Source: an uncultured virus (IMG/VR IMGVR_UViG_3300025141_000059)
Lineage: Duplodnaviria > Heunggongvirae > Uroviricota > Caudoviricetes
Direction: 5' to 3' (one strand)
IMG/VR virus record: IMGVR_UViG_3300025141_000059
Length of the DNA: 64,000 nt
A model generated the notes under the pieces. It ran no database searches. It worked only from the letters and a program-made list of their open reading frames with translations, and was not told where the DNA came from. Positions 27,801-38,600 of the stretch are shown piece after piece. Position numbers and translations under genes: made by a program. Each line of letters begins with the position of its first letter. The first letter of the stretch is position 1.

Positions 27801-29623
27801 GTGAGAGCTGTGTCTTTTTCCTTTTCGATCTCCTCAAGACGCTTGTACATCTTATTCAGAAGCTTGTCGAGATCTTTGTTTCCACTTTCTTCCTGAGCAT
27901 AAGGAATGTGTTGAAGGAACTCGCCTTTCTCGTATCCCATCTTAAAGGTGTTGATCACGCCCGGCTTGTCTCCTTCCCATTCGAAATCCACGTGACCGGG
28001 TATTACCCTGGAACGTCTGATATTGGTAATGCCGTAATTGTCACGCAGTGTTCTTGTGTATGATGATAACTGAAAGTCGTGACTCATTCCTCTTGACCCT
28101 CTGAACGGGTCCACAACTATGCGCTTAAGCATGTAGGATCCTTTGGTGTTCTTTCCGTCAGGACTGATGAATTTGTAGTCATATATACCGGCACTCGCAT
28201 CGGAGAACAGGAACATGATGTCCAGGGTCCCGGCAGTGTCAGAGCTTTCATCATATACACGTACCTCGTTCATGAGATCGAATGTTTCTTCTGAGTTGAT
28301 CTCGTCCTGAACAGCCTGCATTTCTATTAGAAGGGACTCCATTTCTTCTCGGAAATTCCTGAGCATGTTGTCTGCCAGACCTGATTCCTCTTTTATCTGC
28401 GACCATTCAGGGATCTCTATATTCTCGAGATTGATGAGCCTCACTCCCTTCACGTATCCTTCTTTGGCCAAACGCATCAGAATGTGCTGCCCAGTGATAT
28501 GCAATGCGGTACCAGCAAGCCTGGTACGTTCGGTCTTAGGCCTTTTCCAAATGTCTTTTGCTCTCTCCAATCCTCCGACCGACTGTATGAATCTCGCCGT
28601 CGATACATCTGAAGGACGTCTTGAGACCATTACTTTGGTGCCGTCTGGCATGAGACGCTCATAACGCATGATGGTCTCTTCTCCTTTCATGACAAATTCA
28701 AGGTTGGATATCTTCCCTTCCAGCGTTTCTCTGGTGAATTCTCTTTCAAGAATAAGATTGTCGTGCACCTCAACCATTCTTTTACGCACCTCTGTGGCAT
28801 CAGCTGTTGAGTAGAAAGAACGTGTCTCAGTTGTATTGGCTACGGCATTTTTGTGTTCTTCCCGGATCTTTGAGAATGCCTTATATGCTGCCTTGGTCTC
28901 AGGGTCCTTATATACGTTGAACCATGATTGTAGCTTGGCCCAGGTACGTCTCCACCACCGACCTTCTCTGTCCATGAGCTGAGGGTTCTGAAATCTCTTG
29001 GTCACAACCCTACCAATTGCTTCGTGCACGTGGTACTCTTCGTTCTCGTCTGGAAATTCCTTTCGAACATCCTCATACTCCGTGGTAGTATAGATCCTTC
29101 TGCGGATAGAGGCGTGCAACGGATCACCGATATCTTTCAGTGCTGTCATGAAGAAGTGAATTACCTCTTCGTCCATTTCCTCTTCGTGGCCAAGGACAAC
29201 CTCAATGGCCCTGTTGAAGTGGTGAGCAGCTGCCTTTGCGTTTACCGGATTTCCATCTTCGTCTTTGATCGACCCTACAACTTCGTAGCTTAATCCAAGT
29301 TTGTCAGCAAGGATTCTTGTAGCGGTACTCAGTCTCTCCTGTAGCTCAGCCTGGTTCTCTTTAAAGAAGTCTACATCAGGCTCTTTGAGAGCACTCTGTA
29401 CGCGGTCGAACAATGGATCATTGAAGTATACCCGATTGTCTGACACTTGCAGTGGCAATCCCTTCACTCCATATCTGGCGTTCAGTCTATTTCCCAGTCG
29501 CTTTGCTTCCGCAAGGAGCTCAGTTGAAGAAACGGTCTTTACAATGTCCCCCGCTTCATCAAGGGCCACCATATTCTTGGCTTCCAGGTACTCGTGAATC
29601 TGATGTTTTATACTACACGCCAT
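24806..29623 (-). CDS. Large virion cargo/ejection protein with a PD-(D/E)XK nuclease-like domain (1605 aa)
   Basis: Coupled to the RNAP gene (TAATG). Has E..AGTLD...IYDYK...QLSSY, a degenerate zincin-like EEVIH and a hydrophobic C-terminal region. Confidence 0.8.
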   Translation of the reverse strand: MACSIKHQIHEYLEAKNMVALDEAGDIVKTVSSTELLAEAKRLGNRLNARYGVKGLPLQVSDNRVYFNDPLFDRVQSALKEPDVDFFKENQAELQERLSTATRILADKLGLSYEVVGSIKDEDGNPVNAKAAAHHFNRAIEVVLGHEEEMDEEVIHFFMTALKDIGDPLHASIRRRIYTTTEYEDVRKEFPDENEEYHVHEAIGRVVTKRFQNPQLMDREGRWWRRTWAKLQSWFNVYKDPETKAAYKAFSKIREEHKNAVANTTETRSFYSTADATEVRKRMVEVHDNLILEREFTRETLEGKISNLEFVMKGEETIMRYERLMPDGTKVMVSRRPSDVSTARFIQSVGGLERAKDIWKRPKTERTRLAGTALHITGQHILMRLAKEGYVKGVRLINLENIEIPEWSQIKEESGLADNMLRNFREEMESLLIEMQAVQDEINSEETFDLMNEVRVYDESSDTAGTLDIMFLFSDASAGIYDYKFISPDGKNTKGSYMLKRIVVDPFRGSRGMSHDFQLSSYTRTLRDNYGITNIRRSRVIPGHVDFEWEGDKPGVINTFKMGYEKGEFLQHIPYAQEESGNKDLDKLLNKMYKRLEEIEKEKDTALTRREGNTLKRSIQDILTKANFKRLLSDIDEMIEQIETRIEIDDPNAEGYMGWDELRHSIDVLGMYGMVHDATLSYIESLPEDEQTERIANLKKASDNASSAMKMVRTKSEKRLTDAAEFPLEVVSMTTGIMDEFVPMAEVDNQYFKEIYHRVMLATDRAKRQAEELRVKWLKLDDDLESWAKRTKNKKSVAFDMLIRTTPDQRFKLITIFNEKFREERDRRIEEALTTKSGTKLSSHVKWMKERFQYREGAKEKYLERLKKKKAELLKEYGSTKNDGYKNGLDWYKSNYDVWNRDSAWVTRSWGVNLEVKPSAATSEGLWSKEYATILRPENKEVLEYFNAWKEQLRDFDEILDNHDISFDMIPSVRAGMLERKASWSLLEDVMLRPWVIQVEDDDHSVGTPPKKVPLPGINTARNKNGDFDTRIVSKDMTRIMYKFGQAVYNNVEKSNIESEVLLLRNMLAEGEELVGERNILGRKRGGALKPDDTTKETVALLDKYVNYYLYGHTMSHGDINLFKIGSKQVTATKVAKALNTAYGVLKIAAPIRIALGTQAAASIFMRIESIKGVQYSSENLTQAMKMWSTDYRNYMSAARYFNLHQEGEELHYERRLRANKADQWLDSSILFEPLTLTDRSIDRRIGIAMMLNHGIDEKGNLKRLAQLPKDSKNILELLKVKDGKVGKELPANVRLDLRKRIQFMAKEVKGDQGEENVIAMHMNLGAQLIGKFKWWMPGTLTARFGGIKYHSILDELKEGRFIGAGKAMAVGGDLIQEEKALHTLALRSFNLLKNSMLEFARIRRYRVTKAERQRLKEKNNWSDPEEEKYLKDREVLRAEMKLFKKNQTDPYFETMDEEDFFAMREASVARTFAEVRTVLILLLASMVMGAASGPDDEEFYKKAWASRRLMDIMAKIILETTFYMNPVEMLKFNKSMIPMLGLLGDVTRLLGNTAQETARLFGILDKDARDKTPLFYYTLMFVPGWNQLRKIIEMHPQDKQVRVN

Positions 29624-32600
29624 TAACTATTGCATTCAGTAGGGTCATTAGCTTCGTCCTCATTCAATGTAGGCAACCTTCTTTGAATAACTACGCCGTC
29701 CATCATGTTCAAGTGCGTTCTTGATCTCTTTCCGATCATTGCACTTTCCTCCACAACGGTGGATTCTACTGCTGACGGCTTTAAGTTACTCACATCATTG
29801 TCAAGTGAGTAATATACGTTCTTGAACAATACGGTCTCTTTCTTTGGCAAAGCTATGCCTTCTTTCCTTGCCAGCGTACGTGCACTTGCACTTTCTGCTG
29901 TTTGACGTTGGGTATACGGAAACAATAAGCGCTTCTTATCGTTAGGGCCCTTTTTTCTGTTTTTCTTGGAAGCAGTGAAGGTGCTGTTCTCGATAGGAAC
30001 AATACGGATATCGTGAGTATTGTTCTTGAAGAACTCTTCAAAGTAATCTTCTGCAGCAACCTCTATGATCTCTGGATCATTCACGTATTCGTGCAGGATA
30101 TCTTTGGCAACCTCCATAAAAGAGCTACCTGGTATCAGTTCAAGGAAAGACTGTGGTGTCTGCCCTATTCCGGACTGAAGGAACGCAGTAAGAATGATGT
30201 CCCTTGCAAGTAACGGATCGTCTCTTTCTATTTCTCGGAACCCGTCAAACAAAGTTGTCTGTTCCGGATTGTTCATTGTACGGAACAACGGCTCAATGTA
30301 ATCGTTCTGCTCATTCAGTGTCTCTGCCGCAACAACAGGAACAAGTGCCTGGATGAACGGGTTCAACCTGAGCTTCTCATTATCCTCACTGTTGCGGATC
30401 TTGTTCAACCTGATGGCCATGGTGTTGTTACCGTAAAGCAGTCTGGTAGCGTCATTTCCGATCTTAGGTTTTCCGTTCAAAGAAACCCTCTGTATAAGGA
30501 ATGATACAAATCCCTCTTCGTACTGGTTGAGTATACGTACTCGGTCATCTTCTGATAACCATCTTTTACGTGGATCAGTGAAAATGTCGACCATATCTCT
30601 GAAGCCCTCATTGTAAGCTTCTCCTGCCTGTTCAGTAAGGAATACGGAATTCAACACGCCCTGCATGGTCCGGTTGTATCCGGTCATTGACTTAAGGAAA
30701 GTGTCTCCTTCAGTGATCTGCTTAGCATTGGAGAATGTCTTTCCGTTGATCACTCGCTCATAGTTTGCAAGTGCCAATCTAAGACCGTTTCTACTCTTAG
30801 GTGGCTTGGTGTCAAATGACTGAGCTGTTGTCATAGCTGAAAGATCCTCACCCAGGTGTTCGTATAGAAGGAAGTCATTCAGTATCTGCAACTGCGCTTC
30901 TTTCTGAGCCTTACCCATTTCGGTCTTATGCATTCCGACCATGTCGTATAGTCCGACACGCTGATCTTCTGGAAGGTTTTGATCGTCCTTGTCTATGAAG
31001 TAGTAATCGGTCTCACTTCTGTTCTTTACCAAGTATGATCTTCTGATCTTCTTAAGGATCGCTTCTCTATTGCCCTCGACCTCAAGAACTTTCATCATTC
31101 TACTGGTCTTAACTCCGTATTCGTGGAGGTATTCCTTGATGATGGGTTGGTTCAGGAAGTATGTCATTGAGGACATAGGTACTCCTGCTCTGAGAAGAAA
31201 GAGCCCTGTCGGCGCTACATCCGGTCCCATATTGATAAGGTGAAGCAGTGGTTCGTTCACAGCATCCACTGCAGCCTGTACAAGTTGACTGATAGCATCA
31301 CTTATTCTATACGATACAGCTGCCGGATCGTAATGCGGACTGTTCGGGTCAGTATACGCCTGGTTGACATCGTTTATTCTTCCGAGAGATATCTGATCCT
31401 GATCATTATTGAATCTGTTGAACCTGATCTGGTACTTAAGATTTTGCCCGGTAGGAGCTTTAAAGCTGTTCTCCACCATCTCAGATTCTCCGTTGCTCTT
31501 CGTTTTCAGGGTGCGCAGGTTCAATTTAAGACCGGCCATTTGAGACTTCACGTGGTGCGTAGATGCCAAGGCAGTTATACTTACAACCGTTCCTGCTTGC
31601 CAGAATGCTTCTGACACTGCCATAAGGTGCTTGAAAGAATTCGCGTGATAGTAATCAGTAACATCTCCAAGATCAGTAAGATTTCCTTTTTCAAGCATCT
31701 CTTTTCCTAAGGTCTTCCACTGCTCCATGTGTGTAGGCTGCAAGAATGTCTGTTGACGGTTCCTGTTCTCCAACATCTTGACCATCATATCCATGATCCT
31801 GTTCTGGATAGCTCCTTTGGAGTTCACGACATATTCTGTCGCATCAGGGTTCGCTGCTCTCCACTCGCTGTAGTTGTTCTTAAGCGCTTCGAAGTCCTTC
31901 TTTCTCTGCTCGAGTATCTTACGTGCTATTTTCGGACTCTTCTTGATGACAGACGCAATGTGCTCCATGTCGTCATCCTTCTCAAACAATCCCTCTAATT
32001 CCGGATCGTCCCTCAACTTGTCCTCGGGTCCGAACACGCGGTCTACGAATCTCTGTGCTATTTCATTGGCAACAGTATCGTCAAGTTCCTCCACCCCCCT
32101 GCTTCTTCTAAGAATTCCTTCGATCTCCCCAAGAGATTCCTCAGCCTCAGCTTTAGCGATCTTGTACCACGTTTGAAGATCCTTATGGAACCTTTCCTTC
32201 ACAAGCTTCTTGACCCCGTTCTCTTTCACCTCCACCTTATATGAAGGGAAATACAGTACGAGTTTGTCAATATCAAAATCCGAACCTGACTTGGTAAGCA
32301 GCTCTGAAGGAACAACAATGGTAGGACCTTGTGATCTTGGCAGGAATGCCTTGACCCTGATCACTTCAATTGAGTGTGTTCCGTCAGCCGGAATACGGAT
32401 ACCCATAAGCCTAAGCAGGTTCTTGCTTCCTACAGCTTCTTTCTGGCCGTCAATATAGATCGCTCCATCCTTACCTACACGTGCACCTTTACCGATAAGC
32501 TCTTTGAAGTGGTGTGGAAGGTATACTTCCATTTCACCGCCTTCCATGTAGAACTTAAGAGGTTCCATTTGGTTGATCACAGAATCTCCGAATTTTTGCT

Positions 32601-35600
32601 GTACTACCTCGTATCCAAGATTGGACTTCTGCACATACATGTCTCCGTGGAACCGCTGTCTGATCACACGTTTTCCGGCCAGTGACCAGAGAAGGCCTTC
32701 CATCCTTCTCTTGTTCACCAGGAGGTCGAACAGAACCGGTTCTTTAAGATCATTTGACTCCTGAAGTCCGTCCATTCCGTCAAGAAGTGCCTGTGACAGA
32801 TCTCTTCGGATACCTTCTTCTTTCAGGGCGTCTATGAAGCGGGTGTAATCGTTATTCCTTATGTTGTACTGACCATCAACCTCTTCAATATTGAATTCGT
32901 CAAGAAGATCTCCAAAGGCCTTATCTGTAAGCCCGTTCAGTAATGCGTGGTATTCTTTGATGTTCGCACGTAGACTTCCGTGAAGAAGTTTTCCGTCCTC
33001 AAATAGATCAGACAACACCTGTACTCTTGCTTGGGTACTGATAGGAGATGTCCCTTTGAACTTAGGGGCCACTTCTAACTGCTCTCCCATGAAGCGAAGA
33101 TCGAATGTTGTCTTCATCTCTTCTTTAACCAGGGGCTTTGGATCAATGGTTCCGTCAGCATTGAATAGTTCAACTTGAGCATCTTCAGTAGTAAGACCTA
33201 CTTTAAATGCAGTTGGAATAACTATGCCTCCGACATTATTGTCTTTCATGATATCAAACAAAGACTGCAAGCCTGGGTACTCAATTCCCGCCTCAGGGTA
33301 TACCGGTACGACCGACATCTTAAGGAAGCCCATTGGTTGGATCTTTCCTTTGGCCCATTTCTGAGGTCCGAAGTATTGATACTTGGCTGGAGGAAACGCT
33401 CCTAATTTGATCTCTGGCAGAGTAGTACGTTCACCTCTTCTATATGCGAGTATCTGGTGGAATGCCTTGTCCTGTTCTGGCAACCAGCTACCCACACGTA
33501 ATCCGTACTGTCTGTAATCCTCGAGGGTTACAAGCAGGGTTCCGTCAGCCTTATCTATTGCCTTTCTGTACGCAGGCTGTAGTGCAGGCGGATACTTATC
33601 AATAAGCCTTGTAAAATCTATAGGTTCCTTAGCAAGGATCATGTCAATGAACCCGTCTGTTCTCGACATGCCAAGGCTATTTGCTGACAACCAATTGTTG
33701 TACATAGGATCCACGTCCATTAGCTTCTTGGTTCCGTATGTTCCTTTTACACGCTTGAACAATGCCTTGTATAGTGCCGGGTCTCCAAGGATCACCTTAT
33801 AGTACTCGGTATTCTGAATGAACTGGGTCACAGTAAACTCTTCTGCGAACCCTTCGATCTCTTCTTCCAGGACAGTATCAGGAAGAGTGTCCTCAGGCTT
33901 ATTCTTGAAATACTCCCTGTTCAGTCCGAATAGGGCCCTAGAATTCCTTTGGTCCTTCTTTCCGATCAATCCCTGCTCTTCAAAGAACTCAATGTTCTCC
34001 TTCACTGTCGCTTGTAGGTTCTCGGTAATGCTGGACCATATCTCATTCCAATTGTTATCAAGGAATGCATTGATCTTCATACGTCTTCTTGAAGGATCCT
34101 TTCGGATGATCTCATTGTATACCGCAGGATCGTCGATCAGCTCCTTTACGATCTTGGCCTCCATGTCCTTGCCTACAAGAGCGGAGAACTTTCTCAGACC
34201 CTGGGTCTTCTTGTTGAAGTCCTCAAGGAATTGTCCTTCTGTGTTGCCTTTGACCCCGGCAGCTATCTCGTCCTCGAGATAGTCGTACATGAGGTCCTCT
34301 ACATCTTTGATCGTCTTGCCGTGTTCAATGTTGAACTTCACACCAAACTCCGTCTGCTGATCTGCAGCACGTGGCGATATGGAGATTCCGTCCATTATAG
34401 CTTGTACGTGGTTCACGACAATGTCTGACATCTTAAGACCAGGCATCTTGCTTCCCGTCTGTCCAGGAGCATCTACCTGTATTCCGGCCATGTTCACCAC
34501 ACTGAAGCTTTTCCTCTTGTCCCACGACGCAAGCGCAAGAGAGTTCTCCCCGAAAGGATTGTTTGCAGAGTCGTAATATGTTGACAGCTCCTTCTTACTC
34601 ATGTTCTCCAATATAGTGATGTACATGTTCAGAGTAATGCTGTACTCAAGCTTTCCTTCTGCATTCTGGAACTGGAACTCAAACTCCCTGGTTCCCGTGG
34701 CCCGTTCGATCTTCGCAAGTCGATTCATTCTCGTGACACTTTTGGCCACAGACCTATCAAAGAGACTGGCCTTGATCCCGACCCTTGCTCTCGGAATACG
34801 AGAATCTTTCCCTGTGTGGTATACAGTGAATTTCGCTCCTATCTGAGTAAGGTATTCAATGAATTGACTATCTACTCCAGGCATGTCTCCTACAACGAAC
34901 TTTGCACCTTTTGCCATGGCTATGGCGATACGCTCTTTTGTCACTGCTGAGATATCAGTGCCCTTCAACTTATCGTCTCTGGCAAGCATGATGATCTTAT
35001 TTGTAGGCCTCCACGCCTCTACTGTATTCCCGAGGTTTCCACCTGCTCCTGCAGCATTGTTCTTAAGGCCGAATACTCTCCAGGACGTTCCTATTGAAGA
35101 GAACGACTTGTACTTACGCGGTTCTACTCGAGGAGTTCTGTCCATTTCCCCAATGAACCCGTCTGCAACCTTACGCATTGCTTTGTCTTTGCCGTCTCCC
35201 TGAATGGTTTCTTTTCCTTTTGCTTCGTGACCACCGGATACTTCAAAGTTGTTCTTAAGTACGTCATTGATGGCATGCATCAAAGCGTCTCTCAATGAAC
35301 TTGAATATGTCTCATTATCAATGATCTTATTCGCGTTGTCCTTGATCTCTTCTCTGTTGGTGAAGTTGATGCCGAATTTCTCGAGCCCGTCCATTACCAG
35401 GTCCAGGTTCTTGGATCCCGTGACCTTCTTTCGAAGATCGTCAAACGTGATCATGTCGTTCTTCTTTCCTACAGGGAATGCTCCTTCTGCAGCAAATTGA
35501 ATGCTTCCGTTAGGAGTAAAGCTTACGTGTCCTTCATTGACAAGAACAGCCATTCTTCTCAGATTGGAGTTCCACTCATTCTTGATGGAGCGTTGAGCTC

Positions 35601-38600
35601 TTTCCATACTCGGATCCAACGACCCTATACGGCCGTTCTCTGATAGAAGGGTCTGTCTGACCTCCATCATTGTCTGTCCAAACTGACCTCGGAACTGTGT
35701 ACGTAGAAGCATGGTCTCTAATGCCTCTTCTCCAGTGGTAGCGTATGAGCCCAGTCGAGCAGCAACATCTTCCATCCAAGGGAACTCAGGGGCAAGGGCC
35801 TTCATTGTGTTCAGTTGATCAAGGTAGTTCAATTTTCCAGCAAGTTTGTCCTGTAGTGTTTTCAGGGTGTCGCGAAGCTCGTACACACCGTGGAGCCCGG
35901 TAGAATTCCTTACGGTCTTGTTCGGAATTGTGGCCAATAGTATCCTGATACGTCGGGACGCTCTTTCTGTCGGAGACACTTCCAAGCTCTCGCTATCCTC
36001 TTTCCAGTCTTTCGTCCTACGACCATTCTCATCCTTATCGTCTTCAGCCTCTATGGTAAGACCAAGTTGATGCATGTATGCTCTGTGCAATCGAGAAATC
36101 TCATTTCTTCTAGCGACCCCTTCTATTGGTTTGGCACCGTCTTTCTCTGGCCAGATGATCATACTACGTCGTAATAGATCCCCTCTTCCAGCGGCATCAG
36201 CCTCGTTGTAAGCGTTTCTGTAGCCGATCCACATTCTCTGGTAAGCCTCTTTGTATACTTTACCGATACGCTTACCCATGTCTGAAGAAGTGCTTACTGT
36301 GAAGTTGAGCAGTTCCTCAAATGAGATATTCGTGTTCGGATCAGTGATAACGTCAGCCACGTACGCAGACATTGTCGACATAAGGTCCTTTGAGTAGGTA
36401 GCGCTCTCCTCTCCGAGGATCATGCTACGAAGCATCGCAGTTCTCTCTGTCCAGTCTCTTTTAGGATCCGGAAGAGACTCATACATTTCTCCTTTGACGA
36501 TCTTGCTGAACAGATCTTTGATGCCTCCCATTTCTGGGGATATCTCGAGACCCCTGGTCATACCGAAGCGTGCTCTGAACCAGTTCAGTATTGAGTCGAA
36601 GAATTTCTTTAACCTGGAACGGTCGTCTTCTACAGTGTCCTGGCCAAGTTTGTATTCTCCTTCCCACAGAACATATCTTCTGAATTCCTCTGCAAGCCAT
36701 TCCTCCGCTTCCTTGTCGGTAAGCTTGGACATCTTCTTTTCCTTGCCCAAGTAAGTGGTTGTGCTTCCAGGTATTCTACGTACCAGGTTGTACATGTTTC
36801 CGCTTTCATACGGAGAAAGGAAGAACAGCGAAACATTGTGGAAGGTTTCGTGATACAGGGTACCTCCGACAGCCAGTCCCTTGGATATCAATATCCGGCC
36901 GAGACCATCAATGAGCCCGATGGCATCCTTACCCATGAAAGGTATGGTTCCGATGACCTCAACTATCTCCGCAGAACTCATTCCTTGGGCCCTTTTCAGC
37001 TCTTCGGCGTAAGTTTCCTTCATGTAACCCTCTCCCAGCTCCTTACCTACCTCAAGAAGAAGAGGTGCGGGCCCTGAGAACGGGTCAGTGTCTTTTTTGT
37101 CGGCAACGCTGTCCTTACTACTACTTTGCTGTGTTGGTTTATTTAAAAAATAATCTAAAGCTGTTGCATGAGAAGGTCTTCCTAAATCTTTATAGTAATA
37201 AATTGTCTTACCTTTTAGTTCAGGAACTTTAGCCAATAAAGCATTTCTGTAATCTTGCATTACATTTTTATCTCCTTTACCTTCTAACCAATCTAAAAAT
37301 CTAGTAACTGATACAACAGTCTTTTCTTTTATAGCTCCATAAGGACCAAAAGGATTACCTACAGCATTATCTTCAAGAGCATCAATCATATTCTGCTCTG
37401 TCTTACCCTCAGTTCTAAATGCTACTACTGCACCAGCTTGAGGTTTTTTACCTTTAACTGTATCAATAACTACCTTACCTCCTTTAGGAGCTGTTTCAGT
37501 ACCTAAATCAACCTCACTACTTTGTTGTGTTGGTTTAACACTTAACGAAGCTTTAGTATTTTCTGTATCCGGAATATCTTCCCACGGAACATCGTCAGAT
37601 GTATCATCGTCAGATTTCTTCTTCTTTTTCTTTTTGAAAACGTTCTTCAGCCGTTCCTTTTCTTCGTCGGTACGATTTTCTTTACGCTTCTGCATTCTAT
37701 CCATTGCCTCATCAGTGACCTCGTCATCTGATTGAATGGCGTCCTCTGCCCCTCTGGACGGAGCTTTTTTGAAGATGCTGTCTCCATCAGCAGTGCTTCC
37801 TGACGTAGGATCCGCTCCTTTACGAACTCCTCCGAGCCGTGGGCCAGCTCCACCTGGGCCTCCCCTCTTAATTCCCGCAAGAGTAATATGGTCTTCTTTT
37901 GCAAACGTAAAGTAACCTCCCAGGACACGAGGAGCATTCAATTCTCCAAGGTTTGCGATAGGCTTTACACGTGTTCTAAGTGGGGATTGCTTATCTCCTT
38001 TTCTGTCTTTCAGCAGGTACTCATTGTAGTTGTTGTAGAGCACGCTTGTGTCGGAAACAGAAAGATCAGCGTCAAGATGTATTTCTCCCCAAGGGTATTT
38101 TGATTCGCTTGACTTGGTCTTTTTGGTCATGTACCATTTAGGTCGTACATATCCGTTATTGGTAGACTGAGTAACAGAATTCTTTAATGCATCGTGATCT
38201 ACCTGGTGGTATTTAGTAAGAAGGAAAGCTTTCATCGCTTCTATCTTCTTAGTATTCTCCTCGCTTTCAACCGTAAAGGTCTCAAGGTTTATAGATGTTC
38301 CTTCTGCTCCGAATGTAAAGCCTCGCTTATCGTGACTCAATCTATACGCTGGGTCCTTCCGTTTCTTAGACCCGATGTATACCATCTGGTTGAGTGTGTC
38401 CCATACATTGATCTCCGTTCCGTCAACAGGGACCGTGAATCCTTTCTTAATGCTTTCCCAGGCCTTCGCTGTATTCTTGTATACGGCAACATTTGCAGCT
38501 CTCAATGCTTTTTCCTGAAGTAGAAGATGCATCATTCTTACAATATTTTCTGCTTCAGAAGAATCCAGTAACCGGCTATGCATCGGTATCATCATGTGAC

